A stretch of 64,000 nt of DNA from Pristiophorus japonicus (GCF_044704955.1 NC_091995.1:4650001-4714000), one strand, 5' to 3'; shown: positions 37,856-51,429, counted from the first letter of the stretch. Translations and numbers: made by a program. The notes: generated by a model not told the origin, from the letters alone.

Positions 37856-40719
37856 TTATTTTTTAAACACAGCGAGTTGTTGTGATCTGGAAGTACTTTT
37901 GAAGTGTATTTGTGGTTGTAATGTAGGAAACGTAGCCGTCACTCTACGAACGGCAAGCTCCCACAAGCAGCAATGTGTTAGCGATTAAATAATATGTTTT
38001 TCTGAGGGCTAAATATTGGCCAGGGCATTGTGGATAACTTCCGCTGTTCTTCAAAATAATGTCATGAGATCTTTTACATCCACCTGAGAGGGTAGAGGGG
38101 GCTTGGTTTAAGATCTCATCTGAAAGAAGGCATCTCCGACAGTGCAGTGCTCCCTCAGCACTGCATTGGAGTGTCAGCCTAGATTTTGTGCTCAAGGTTC
38201 TGGAGCAGAACTTAAACCCATAACTATTGAGTCTTTTTAAAAAAAAAAACAAATTGGTAATACAGAAAAATAGACAGGAGGAGTTGAGGGCAGTTCTCGG
38301 TGCAATTATCTCCTTCCTGTCACTATATGAAGACACAGTTTTATGAGGATTACTTCTTTACCCAGAGAGTGTTGAGAATGTGGAAGTCACTACCACATGC
38401 AGTGGTCGAGGCGAATCGCACAGATGCAATTAAGGGGAAATTAGGTAAACAATTATTTATTATCCTTTGTTATTAGGGCCCCCCGCGCCCCCCCCCCTCC
38501 CTTTCACCATTTGAGCCTGCTCCGCCATTCAATAAGATCATGGCTGATCTTTGACCTTAACTCCACTTTCCTGCCTGATCACCATATCCCTTGATTTCCC
38601 CCAGAGTCCAAAAATCTATCGATCTCAGCCTTAAATTTACTCAGAGACTCAGTATCCACAGCCCTTTGGGATAGAGAACTCCAAAAATTCACATCCCTCC
38701 TCATCTCAGTCTTAAATGGCCGACCGCTTATCCTGAGACTATGTCCCCTAGTTCTAGACTCTCCAGACAAGGGAAACAACCTCTCAGCATCTACCCTGTC
38801 AGTCCCCCTCAGAATCCTGTGTTTCAATGAGAACACCTCTCTTTCTTCTTAATTCCAGAAACTATGTGCCCAATGTACATTAGGGAGGGGGGGGGGGGGA
38901 GAGGAAGGAGGATGGAGTGAGGAGGAGGTGGGATGATAATCCCCATAATATAATGGTGGATAATCTTAGTCATGGGTTAAAGACAATCTGTGTATGGGAT
39001 CTTCAGTTTTGTGTGAGGGGGTTATCACCTATTGTAAGGTGTGTATGTATGTGCTTAAATTAGATGTGTATAAAGAATCTGCTCATAGCCGGAGTATGGG
39101 TAAGAAATGATGGAATCAGTAACGGCAGGAAATGATGCTGTATCAGGACTATCTCAGTCACACACTGTCGCTGACTTGGGTCTGACCGTTTCTAGCAGAG
39201 GGCCGGTCATGCTGCAATAATGGTGTGTGTTAATCCCGTAGAAAGAAAGACTTGCATTTATATCGTGCCTTTCATGAGCTCAAGACGCCCCAAAGTGCTT
39301 TACAGCCAATGAAGTATTTTTGAAGTGTAGTCGGTGATGTAAAGTAGGAAACGCAGCAGCCAATTCGCACACAGTAAGATCCCACGAACAGCAATGTGGC
39401 AATGACCAGCTGATCTGTTTTAGTGATGTTGGTTGAGGGATAAATATTGACCCAGGACACTGGGACGAACTCCCCTGCTCTCCTTCCCAATAGGAAACTT
39501 GGTGTTGCCTAACTTTGCATTTTATTTAAATTTCAGGATATCTTGTGAGCTGGAGGAGGGCGGGAATCTTACTGTGAATCTGGAATGTTGTTGAAGTATA
39601 GAAAGCTCAGTACTTCTGTTTATAGTTCAGCTGATTCTGCTTGTCTTAACTCAGTATCTCCCGGCTCAGTGAGATTGGGACAGTCATGCCACTTACTGTG
39701 TGTTGATGCAAAGCAGTTTGAGATTGATGGTAAGGGGAGATGTGCAGAGTAACTCTGAAGATCAATAGTTTTCATTGACCATGGGCCAGGAGAGAGTTTG
39801 ACTCCACTTCAGCTTTGCACCAGCTGCAACCATTATGAAGTGACGTTAAAACAGTTGGTCCAGTGAAGAATTTTTTTTTTTTAAATCACATTTAATCCTA
39901 ATTTTAGCAAAGCGCTGACTCTGTTGTCAGCACCTAGAATCATAGACACACAGAGCACAGGAGGGGGCCATTCGGCCCATCGTACCTGTGCTGGCTCTTT
40001 GAAAGAGCTGTCCCTCCCTGCTCACACTCCCTGCTCTTTCCCCAGAGCCCTGTGAATGTCTCCTATTCAACTATTTATCCAATTCCCTTTTGAAAGTTAC
40101 TATTGAATCATCTTCCACCGCCCTTTCAGGCAGTGCATTCCAGATCACCATAACTCGCTGTGTAAAAATGTTTTCCTTCATTTCCTCCGTAGAATTTTTT
40201 TGCTAATTATCTTCCGACCTCAGTGTTTCAATCCCAGGAGAAAATGAACACAATCCTACCTTCTCTGAGGGGCAAGAAAACCTCTTTTCAATATTTTGAG
40301 TTTGAGCATCAAGAGAGCAACTCCAAAATGAAGATGAATTCTCAGTGGGCCGATGTGGGCTGTGCCTGTATGGGTAGTGTGTTATACACCCCATGCCTGG
40401 CTAACAGGACTCTATCCCTGTGTATTTTAAGCAGCATAGCTTGGTGCTTATTAAGCATTGTGATCAATGTGCTGGTGACCTGCGATAGTTTTGCTTCCTT
40501 CTTTAACAAACTCTTTTTATATTCATAGGAACAGTCGAATCAATCGCAGAACCTCATCGACTCTGAATTTTCTAAATTACGCAATATTTTGGGTGAAAAG
40601 GAACGGAACTTGGTCGAAGAACTGAATGAGGAAAAGGATGATATTTTATTGAGAATGGAGACAAATCTGAGAGAAATCCGAGACCATTCACAATAAGCTT
40701 TCCTTGTTGCTTATAAGTA

Positions 40720-42640
40720 AGCTGCACTTGGGTATAGAAAGTACAATTTTGAAGTTTGTAGATGATACAAAACTTGGCAACGTAGTGAATAGTGAGGAGG
40801 ATAGCAGCAGAGTTCAGGAGGACATAGACAGACTGGTGAAATATAGAAACATAGAAAATAGGTGCAGGAGTAGGCCATTCAGCCCTTCGAGCCTGCACCA
40901 CCATTCAATATGATCATGGCTAATCATGCAACTTCAGTACCCCATTCCTGCTTTCTCTTCATACCCCTTGATCCCTTTAGCCATAAGAGCCACGTCTAAA
41001 TCCCTTTTGAATATATCTAACTAACTGGCCTCAACAACTTTCTGTGGTAGAGAATTCCACATGCTCACAACTCTTGAGTGAATAAGTTTCTCCTCATCTC
41101 GGTCCTAAATGGCTTACCCCTTATCCTTAGACTGCGACCCATCGTTCTGGACTTCCCCAACATCGGGAACATTCTTCCTGCATCCAACCTTACCAATCCC
41201 GCAGAATTTTATATGTTTCTGAGATCCCCTCGCATTCTTCTAAATTCCAGTCAATATAAGCCTAGTCGATCCAGTCTTTCTTCATATGTCAGTCCTGCCA
41301 TCCTGGGAATCAGTCTGGTGAATCTTCGCTGCACTCCCTCAATGGCAAGAATGTCCTTCCTCAGATTAGGAGACCAAAACTGCACACATTATTCAAGGTA
41401 TGGCCTCACCAAGGCCCTGCACAACTGCAGTAAGACCTCCCTGCTCCTATACTCAAATCCTCTCACTATGAAGGCCAACATGCCATTTGCCGCCTTCACT
41501 GTCTGCAAAATCTGCATGCCAACTTTCAATGACTGATGTACCATGATACCCAGGTCTCGTTGCACCTCCCCTTTTCCTAATCTGTCACCATTCAGATAAT
41601 CTGCCTTCCTGTTTTTGCCACTAAAGTGGATAACCTCACATTTATCTACATTATACTGCATCTGCCATGCATTTGCCCAAGTCCAAGTCACCCTGCAGCC
41701 TCTTAGCATCCTCCTCACAGCTCACACTGCCACCCAGCTTAGTGTCATCTGCAAACTTCGAGATATTACATTCAATTCCTTCGTCCAAATCATTAATGTA
41801 TATTGTAAATAGCTGGGGTCCCAGCACTAAACCTTGCGGTACCTCACTAATCACTGCCTGCCATTCTGAAATGGGCTGACACATGGTGGATGCAATTCAA
41901 TGCAGATAGGTGTGAAGTGATGCACTGTGGGGCAAACAACATGGAGAGGCAGTGTAATCGAAATGGTACTATTTTGAGGGTTGTGCAAGAATGAAAGGAA
42001 CTGGGGTGCAGGTTCACATCTTTGAATATGGCAGGGCAAGTTGATAAAGACAGACAAGAAAGCTTGTGGGAGACTTGGCTTTGTAACTAGGGGCATTGAA
42101 TTCAAAAACAAGGAAGTCATGCTAAATATTTACAAATCACTGGTTAGGCCTCAGCTGGAGTATTGTGTAGAATTCTGTGAACCACACTTGAGGACGGATG
42201 TGAAGGTCTTGGAGAGGGTAAGAAGGAGCTTTACTCAGATGATCGTAGGAATGAGGAACTTAAGTTATGTGGAGAGATTGCAGAAGCTGGGATTGTTCTC
42301 CTTGGAGCAGTAAAGGTCAAGGGGACACCTAATAGAGGTATTCAAAATTCTGAGGTGTTTTGATTGAGCAAACGGGGAGAAACTGTTTCTTCTGGCAAGT
42401 GGATCAGTAGCCAGAGGTCATAGATTTAACATAATTGGCAAGAGAACTAGAGGGGAAATGTGGAGATATTTTTTCACAAAGGGTTATTAAGATTTGGGAC
42501 CTGAAAGGGTGGTGGAAGCAGATTCCAGAGGGACTTTCAAAAGGCAATTGGACATGTACTTGAAGAGGATTAATTTGCAGGGTTATGGGGAAAGGCTTGA
42601 GTGTGGAAATAAATTGGACAGCTCTTTCACAAGATGCACC
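40720..42640. mobile_element. CR1 (+) with nested CR1 (-, ~40845-41870)
   Basis: RT motifs on both strands; mirrors 16400-18310. Confidence 0.85.
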
Positions 42641-43484
42641 GCTTTAATCTCCTCGATGTCTTTCTGACATCCAGGCCCACATCACATCCCTGCTGTCAAC
42701 TCTGCTTGTCTTAATACTTTCTTGTTTCTTATTTTTAAATTCATTCACACAGTTGTGGAAATCTGGAACTCTCTCCCTCAAAAGACTGAATGCGAGGATC
42801 AAACAATTCAACATTTTCAAGACTGAGATGGGTAGATTTTTGTTGGTTAAGGGCATCAAGGGATATGGAGCAAAAGTGGGTAAATGCAGTTGAGGTACAG
42901 ATCAGTCATGATCTAACTGAATGGTGGAACAGGCTCCTCCTATCCCTGTGCACCATCCTCTGCAGTCAGCCATGTTTATAATATTCCCACAACACTGTAG
43001 TTCCCGAGTGCTACAGTAGCCTCGTGTTTTGGAATTGCTGATTCCTAATGCATTCAGCATTCCCGCCTATACAGCTTACTGTAGATGTTCCCATCTTTTG
43101 GCCCCTAGTTTACCCTTGTTAATGTTACCCGGTTCTTGTATATCACCCACCTGCTGTCTAGATTCCACTCTGTAATCAATGTCATGTGGATCACCTTTCC
43201 TCCTGGCCTTCTCCCTCCTATCCAATGCTTCTTGCAACTACTTCAATGTTCCTGACCAGTTCCATTGTTTTATTTGGTCATCTCTTTTTTTTTTGTCACA
43301 AGAAAAATGCCATTTACTTTTCAAAGTTCCAGTATTATTTTCGCTGCACATTGACAGGCAATTATTTTCATATTTGCGATTTCCTTTGCAAATACCTTTT
43401 GCACCAAAAACAGGAAGTATAAGAAAGGAAATTGCTTTGATTTTCTAGACCATCCTTGCATGGGGTGGTTCAGAGTCCTTATAG

Positions 43485-44346
43485 CAGTGGTGGGGATATC
43501 CAGCCCGGCAAGTCATTCTATCCGGCCCGCTGGATGGGACAGAAGTAGAACACGAGCCGGAGCTCGAGCTCTACATTCGTGTATCCACTTTCACTCCTCA
43601 TGGGTCAGAGACAGACCTGAACTGCAGCCAAGAAAAAACCATGTTAATACTTCATTCAAATTAATAATTCGCAAAAGCGATTCTCCCTGGCCCGATCATA
43701 AAACGCTCCTTTCTGTAATTTTGGGCCCCTGTGGCAGACGTCCATACCCAGAATGCACTGCGTACTGGAATATGCCCTATACATTTTAGAGTGGAGTCAT
43801 GGCTGCTCATCTCCGCAAATCTTTTACCGAAGAAAGTGACGGGGCTACATCTTTCCTCTCCCGGTATCGAGTACGACGGCAGGGGAGTTCTCCTCTGACA
43901 CCAATTGGGACTGCATTAGTCATCTTTTCAGAGGGACATAAGGATGACTGAGTTGGGAAATTGATGCTGACACAGGCTCCAAAGAGGGAACACTTCTATT
44001 TCACAGCACTGATTCACAGAGACCAGAAGATACCACAACATTTTCAATTTTTATCTTTGATTCATTTCTAAGCAGTGTCGAATACATGTTGTGTATGTAA
44101 TATAGTATCTGACCACTCTCTGAATTTCTGTTTATGCAATGGTTATGAGAATGCTATCTTCCCCCAAATTATTTTTTGCGCGCGGTCCCTTTAAATTTGC
44201 TGCATGTCCGGCCACTATGCAGCCACGCATGCGCAATATCTCCCAGCGGCAGGAGCGGGGAGCGACCTGCGCAGGACCGCGCGATTGGTGTAATGTTGGT
44301 GGGCGGAGCAGCTCACCAAAACTTGCTAAAATAATTGCCCACCCTG
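43485..44346. mobile_element. Non-autonomous hAT-type DNA transposon with 8-bp TSD
   Basis: Ends CAGTGGTGGG and CCCACCCTG. Flanks are CCTTATAG (43477-43484) and ACTTACAG (44347-44354). The paralog at ~25335-25342 has a single CCTTACAG (empty site). Confidence 0.7.
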
Positions 44347-47300
44347 ACTTACAGGATTTCTTACATTGTCATTTAGCCTTTCCTGATCCTCCAGTACCTT
44401 TTGTCATTTATCTTCAACGTGCACAGACCTATCTCTAGGTAACCAACTCATCATCATTACCACACTCATCATCACCCACCTCCCTACAGCCAGAATCTCC
44501 CTGCATCCCACCAACTGCATCTTTGTCCTAACCATGTTCTCTACCTTCTGAACTGCTTCTTCCTCATGAATTAGCCTAATGCATTAGGAGTTAGTGATTG
44601 ATCTAGTTGAATGCTGGAACAGGCTCGAGAGGCTGACTGGCTTACTCCTGTTCCTATATCTGTACATTGTGTCTTTACAATCATTCCTCCTGCTGTCAGT
44701 GTATTCTCTATTCTCTTGCTTGCTCGGTTTCCTCCAGCAGTTATTTCTGTTTCTTGCTGACCCTGTACCTGTTGCAAAAATCCCTGTCCCAGCTCCCCAG
44801 TGACTCGCCCTCAATTATGAGTACCAGCCCATCCACTTCACTAAACTCTGACTCAATTAGTCCAATACTATCCACTGGCCTTTGCTAATTAGCTTTCCAA
44901 TCGTTTCCTTGCATTAGTTCCCGTCCGCTCCTCTCAAAGGCCCAAACCTTTTCCTTCAGTTTTTGGGCAGCTGAGATCAGCGAGTTGCTCCGCACTTTAC
45001 TATTGACTCTCGAGCTCCTTCATGCTGCAAAGTCGAGCCTTGTTTAGTCTGTTTGAGCACTGCCAGCGGTCTGCTGTGCGTTAACCTTTGTGTTTCTGTC
45101 TATTTCAGGAGAGTACACCAGAGTAGCAGAGGTTCAAGACGCTCTCCAAAAATAACTGAACAACATTATAAAGTAGCATATTGAAGAGCTGGTTTTATTT
45201 TCTGTTTAATATTTCATATTTACATCATTAGTGAAGACGACCATCAGCCAAACATAGCGGAAGGCAGCCTGTCTCTGAGAGCATTTAAAGGGCTACCCAG
45301 TATAGAGTGTGGAGACATGTAATGGACATTCTCAACCCTGGTACGGAGGGCCTTTCCTGTTTTCTTACTTAACCCGTCAAATCCTCAATAAGTGGGCACA
45401 TCTTAAGAATACCAGACACAAGTACAAAAATGTAAATATTATCCATACCCACTTCAAATAAGAAAATAAATGAAATAGCAGCATGTGATGTCTGATTCAT
45501 GATTTATAATACAACAATCAAATACTAATCACAACTATTTTAGAAGCAATCAGCCATTATAATTAATTCATTAGTAAACAAGCAGTGATTTAAATCATTA
45601 ACCTCTTACAGTGGGTTCTCTCATGGTTTAAAACTGGAGAATTAATGCACGAGTATATTCACAACTGATTTGGTCAAATCACTTTCAATCACCTCCTGAC
45701 TCCCCAAAGCATATAAAAAGCACAAGTCAGAAGTGTGATGGAATACTCTCGGCTTTCCTGGTTGAGTGCAGTTCCAGCAAAGTTCAAGAAGCTCGACACC
45801 ATCCAGGACAAAGCAGCCGCTTGATTGGCACCGACCCACCACCTTAAACATTCACTCCTTCCACCACCGTCACACTGTGGCTGCAGTGTGTACCATCTAC
45901 ACGTTGCTCTGCAGCAACTCCCAAACCCATGACCTCTACCACCTAGAGGGACAAGGGCAGCAGATGCAGGGGAACACCCTCACCTACAAGTTCCCCTCCA
46001 AGTTACATACCACCTTCACTTGGAAATATATCAGCCGTCCCTTCATTGTCGCTGGGTCAAAATCCTGGAACTCCCTAACAGCACTGGGGGAGCACCTTCA
46101 CCTCACAGACCGCAGCAGTTCAAAAAGGTGGCTCACCACCCCCTTCTCAAGGGCAATGAGGGATGGGCAATAAATGCTGGCCTTGCACCACCACATCCCA
46201 GGAATGAATGAACAAAATACAGAAGAGACTTTCAACATGGAATTTTTGCACTTCAATGAAAAAAGATTAAGAAAAGGCCTTGAAGGGAGTGGAACACGGG
46301 GAAGTTTGAAAATATTTGTGAAGAAAATGAAGTAAATCAGAAATATAATGGTTGAGTGATGTCAGGAATGTGTTTTTAAATCTGTAGATTTTAGAAAGAA
46401 GCAGAGACAGAAAAAAAATAAAAGAAACTGACGGATTTCTGAGCGGCCTCCAGCGGGTGTTTGAAGAGCAGCTGGTTCGGCCACTCAACGCTCCCTCACT
46501 CCGCCCATTTGTACCTCAGAATTGCAATCAGGGTCCTCTGTATGTCACGGGACCCTGGTTTGACGAGGTTTCCCCTCTGAAACAGGCGGGCGTTCCCGCT
46601 GTCCATCTCAGGACCCCACCCAAGTGCCAGCGTGAACTTTAGTGCCATTTCCAGGCGACTATCGCTCCGGTTACACCAGGTGGGGGCTCTTACAATCAGC
46701 CCCGTTAGTTCAGGATAGGAGCAGGAGGCCATTCAACCCCTGGAGCCTGTCCCGCCATTCAATGAGATCATGGCTGAGCTGTGTCCAAACTCCATATACC
46801 CGCCTTTGCCCTATATCTCTTAATACCTTTGGTTAATGAAAATCTGTCAATCTCAGGTTTAAAATTAACAATTGATCCAGCATCAATTGCGGTTTGTGGA
46901 AGAAAATTCCAAACTTCTCCCACCCTTTGTGTGTCGAAGTATTTTATAACTTCACTCCTGAAAGGCCTGGCTATAATTTTTAGACGATGACCCTAGTCCT
47001 AGACTCCCCAAGCAGTGGAAATACTTGCTCTCAGTTCCCCTTAATATCTTGAAAACTTCGATCAAATCATGTCTTAAACTTCTAAATTCCAGGGAAGGAT
47101 AAAATAAGGATCCAGAGCAAGGTGCAAATTTTAAAAAATACGTTTAGTCCATGACTCTGGGACGTAATTATTCCTCGAATCGTTTAAAAAAAAATAACTG
47201 CCGCTTCTATTGTGCAGTTTAATAACAGACTTGGCATTGGAATTCTGGAATTCTTTGAGGATATAATGAGCATGGAGGTGTACCGATGGATGTGGTGTAT

Positions 47301-47785
47301 TTAGATTTCCAAAAGGCATTCGATAAGGTGCCACACAAAAGGTTACTGCAGAAGATAAAGGTTCGCGGAGTCAGAGGAAATGTACTAGCGTGGATAGAGA
47401 ATTGGCTGGCGAACAGAAAGCAGAGAGTCAGGATAAATGGGTCCTTTTCGGGTTGGAAATCGGTGGTTAGTGGTGTGCCATAGGGATCGGTGCTGGGACA
47501 ACAACTGTTTACAATATACATAGATGACCTGGAAGAGGGGACAAAGTGTAGTGTAACAAAATTTGCAGATGGCACAAAGATTAGTGGGAAAGCGGGTTGT
47601 GTAGCGGACACAGAGAGGCTGCAAAGAGATTTAGATAGGTTAAGCGAATGGGCTAAGGTTTTGCAGATGGAATACAATGTCGGAAAGTGTGAGGTCATCC
47701 ACCTTGGGGAAAAAAAACAGTAAAAGGGAATATTATTTGAATGGGGAGAAATTACAACGTGCTGCGGTGCAGAGGGACCTGGGGG

Positions 47786-50362
47786 TCCTTGCGCATGAAA
47801 CTCTTTTAGGGAGTTAATGGAAAAAACATTAAACCGTGCCCCCCGATCTGGGGGAAACACCAACATTTACAATGCCATTTTTTTTTTGGCACAGAATTGA
47901 ATTTTTCTCCAAGTGCCCCCTATAAAAGGGGAGGTGGACACTAAAAGCACCGGCAATTAAAACAAATTAAACTTTAAAATGTAAACAAATGATTTTGTAA
48001 TTAAACACAATGAATGTTCGGAGTGGGATTCAAACCCATGCCTGCAAAGAAGACTGTGAGCTGAACACAGCACCTTGGACCACTCGGCCATCCTGACTGC
48101 TTCCTTGTGCATGAAACTCTTTTGAGTTTACCTGAAAAAAAAACATTAAACCGTGCCACCCGCCCTGGATGACACAGCAGACATTTTCAAGGCCCTTTTT
48201 TTTCCTTTTTTGTGGTTTTTTTTTTGTGTTTTTCTTTTTTTTTGGGTGCTAAATCACATTTTTCCAAGTGCCCCCACTAAAAGGGGAGGGGGACACTAAA
48301 AGCACCGGCAATTAAAACAAATTAAACTTTAAAACGTAAAATCAAATTAAAATTTGGTTGCCGGGCGTGATGATGCACTCCAGTCCCTCCGGTGCCCACC
48401 TCTCGCGGAAGGCCACAAGCGTACCGGTGGACACCGTGTGCTCCATCTCCAAGGACACCCTGGACCGGATGTAAGAGTGGAAGAGAGGCAGAAAGTCAGG
48501 TTGAACGACCCCCTCGACCGCCCGCTGCCTGGACCGGCTGATGGCACCCTTGTGCATGAAACTCTTTTAGAGTTTATCTGTAAAACAAAACATTAAACCG
48601 TGCCACCCGACCTGGGTGACACACCAGACATTTACAAGGCCCTTTTTTTTCTTCCTTTTTTTTTGTGTTTTTCTTTTTTTTGGTTTTTTTTTTGGGCACT
48701 AAAATCACAATTTTTCCCCAGTGCCCCCTATAAAAGGGAAGGGGGACACTAAAAGCACCGGCAATTAAAACAAATTAAACTTTAAAACGTAAAATCAAAT
48801 TAAAATTTGGTTGCCGGGCGTGATGATGCACTCCAGTCCCTCCGGTGCCCACCTCTCGCGGAAGGCCGCGAGCGTACCAGTGGACACCGCGTGCTCCATC
48901 TCCAAGGACACCCTGGACCGGATGTAAGAGTGGAAGAGAGGCAGGCAGTCAGGTTGAACGACCCCCTCGACCGCCCGCTGCCTGGACTGGCTGATGGCTT
49001 CCTTGTGCATGAAACTCTTTTTGAGTTTATCTGTGAACATAAAAAGACATTAAACCGTGCCACCCGCCCTGGATGACACAGCAGACATTTACAAGGCCCC
49101 TTTTCTTTTTTCTTTTTTTGGTTTTTTTTTGGGGCGCTAAAATCAAATTTTTTCCAGTGCCCCCTATAAAAGGGGAGGGGGACACTAAAAGCACCGGCAA
49201 TTAAAACAAATTAAACTTTAAAACGTAAAATCAAATTAAAATTTGGTTGCCGGGCGTGATGATGCACTCCAGTCCCTCCGGTGCCCACCTCTCGCGGAAG
49301 GCCGCGAGCGTACCAGTGGACACCGCGTGCTCCATCTCCAAGGACACCCTGAACCGGATGTAAGAGCGGAAGAGAGGCAGGCAGTCAGGTTGAATGACCC
49401 CCTCGACCGCCCGCTGCCTGGACCGGCTGATGGCTTCCTTGTGCATGAAACTCTTTTAGAGTCTACCTGCAAAACATAAAACATGTATCCGTGCCACCCG
49501 ACCTGGATGACACACCAGACATTTATAAGGCCCTTTTTTTCTTTCTTTTTTTTTGTTTTTTGTTTTTTTTTGGGCACTAAAATCAAATTTTTTCCTTTTT
49601 CCAGTGCCCCCTATAAAAGGAGAGGGGGACACTAAAAGCACCGGCAATTAAAACAAATTAAACTTTAAAACGTAAAATCAAATTAAAATTTGGTTGCCGG
49701 GCGTGATGATGCACTCCAGTCCCTCCGGTGCCCACCTCTCACGGAAGGCCACGAGCGTACCGGTGGACACCGCGTGCTCCATCTCCAAGGACACCCTGGA
49801 CCGGATGTGAGAGCGGAAGAGAGGCAGGCAATCAGGTTGAACGACCCCCTCGACCGCCCGGTGCCTGGACCGGCTGATGGCTTCCTTGTGCATGAAACTC
49901 TTTTAAGTTTACCTGCAAAACATAAAAACATTAAACGGTGCCACCCGACCTGGGTGACACTCCAGACATTACAAGGCCCTTTTTTTTTTTCCCCCCCTTT
50001 TTTTTTGTTTTTTTTTTGTGTTTTTCTTTTTTGGTTTTTTTTTGGGCACTAAAATCACAATTTTCCCCAGTGCCCCCTATAAAAGGGAAGGGGGACACTA
50101 AAAGCACCGGCAATTAAAACAAATTAAACTTTAAAACGTAAATTCAAATTAAAATTTGGTTGCCGGGCGTGATGATGCACTCCAGTCCCTCCGGTGCCCA
50201 CCTCTCGCGGAAGGCCGCGAGCGTACCGGTGGACACCGCGTGCTCCATCTCCAAGGACACCCTGGACCGGATGTAAGAGCGGAAGAGAGGCAGGCAGTCA
50301 GGTTGAACGACCCCCTCGACCGCCCGCTGCCTGGACCGGCTGATGGCTTCCTTGTGCATGAA
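47786..50362 (-). mobile_element. Head-to-tail array of six Tx1-like 3'-end units separated by seven copies of the CR1 target (T)CCTTGTGCATGAA
   Basis: Target copies at 47786, 48102, 48548, 49000, 49436, 49883 and 50349. Five units encode AISRSRQRAVEG...PGNQILI*, homologous to 26063-26926. Confidence 0.92.
48015..48097 (-). tRNA. tRNA-Leu(CAG)-derived pseudogene, 83 nt
   Basis: GTCAGGATGGCCGAGTGGTCCAAGG..CTGTGTTCAGCTCACAG..GGGTTTGAATCCCACTCCGAACA aligns with vertebrate tRNA-Leu-CAG. It has two acceptor-stem mismatches and TTC->TTT in the T-loop. Confidence 0.88.
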
Positions 50363-51429
50363 TCCCAAAATGTTAGTTTGCAGGTGCAGCAGGTAATCAG
50401 GAAGGCGAATGGAATGTTGGCCTTCATTGCGAGAGGGATGGAGTACAAAAGCAGGGAGGTTCTGCTGCAACTGCAATTGGTGAGGCCGCAACTGGAGTAC
50501 TGCGTGCAGTTTTGGTCACCTTACTTAAGGAAGGATATACTAGCTTTGGAGGGGGTACAGAGACGATTCACGAGGCTGATTCCGGAGATGAGGGGGTTAC
50601 CTTATGATGATAAATTGAGTAGACTGGATCTTTACTCGTTGGAGTTCAGAAGGATGAGGGGTGATCTTATAGAAACATTTAAAAATAATGAAAGGGATAG
50701 ACAAGATAGAGGCAGAGAGGTTGTTTCCACTGGTCGGGGAGACTAGAACTAGGGGGCACAGCATCAAAAAAACGGGGGAGCCAATTTAAAACCGAGTTAA
50801 GAAGGAATTTCTTCTCCCAGAGGGCTGTGAATCTGTGGAATTTTCTGTCCAAGAAAGCAGTTGAGGCTAGCTCATTGAAATGTATTCAAGTCACGGATAG
50901 ATTGATTTTTAACCAATAAGGGAATTTAGGGTTACGGGGAGTGGGCGGGTAAGTGGAGCTGAGTCCACGGCCAGATCAGCCATGATCTTGTTGAATGGCG
51001 GAGCAGGCTCGAGGGGCTAGATGGCCGACTCCTGTTCCTAATTCTTATGTTCTTATGTATGTTCAGACACCTTCTGCCTGTGGAGAAACATTACAGGCAG
51101 GAAGGTCACCGGGTTCCTGCAGTTCTCAGCTCATTCCACCCAGTGAGTTCCTCTCCACAATTCACCATCCAGTGTTTCTTCTCCCCCTCCACCCCGCTCT
51201 CTATCCCACTCCCCCCGCTCTCTCTCCCACCTCCACCCGCTCTCTCTCCCTCTCCCCCTCCCCCCGCGCTCTCCCCCCATCCCTCTCTCCCGCTCCCCCC
51301 CACACTCTCTCTCCCCTCCCCCCATTCTTTCTCTCCCTCCCCCGCTCGCTCTTCCCCCGCTGTGACAGAGACTGATGCCCATCAGTTTTCAGCTGGTAAG
51401 AGGCAGGGTGAAATTATGGGATGGGCCTG

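Larger units (their letters stand above)
40238..45340 (+). pseudogene. Second-lineage TRIM relic (exons 40238-40333, 40529-~40700, 45109-45131, ~45226-45340)
   Basis: Same 96-bp and 23-bp exon sizes as the intact TRIM. The first donor is lost, and the coiled-coil exon has stops and is cut by CR1. Confidence 0.75.
47237..51060 (+). mobile_element. CR1 RT to 3' end, split by the Tx1-like array; absent from the paralogous site near 6930-6970
   Basis: DFQKAFDKVPH, FADGTKI, RDLGVL|...QVQQVIRKANGMLAFI motifs and a (TTCTTATG)n tail. Confidence 0.9.

Noticed and set aside
48015-48097. Functional tRNA-Leu gene
   Set aside because: Acceptor-stem mismatches, a mutated T-loop/B-box, and location inside a TSD-bounded retroposon unit.
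47786-50362. CRISPR-like array (short repeats with spacers)
   Set aside because: The repeats are 14-bp target duplications, the 'spacers' are mutually homologous 300-450-bp LINE tails, there are no cas genes, and the DNA is eukaryotic.
48342-50491. Tandem family of 71-aa 'MHKEAISR...' genes
   Set aside because: The ATG comes from the target duplication and the rest is the C-terminus of a LINE ORF2.
50156-50746. 196-aa fusion ORF
   Set aside because: Chance read-through from an antisense Tx1-like unit into the CR1 RT frame.
51180-51360. Pro/Ser-rich ORFs
   Set aside because: Low-complexity polypyrimidine tract; the paralogous site near 7085-7140 is much shorter.
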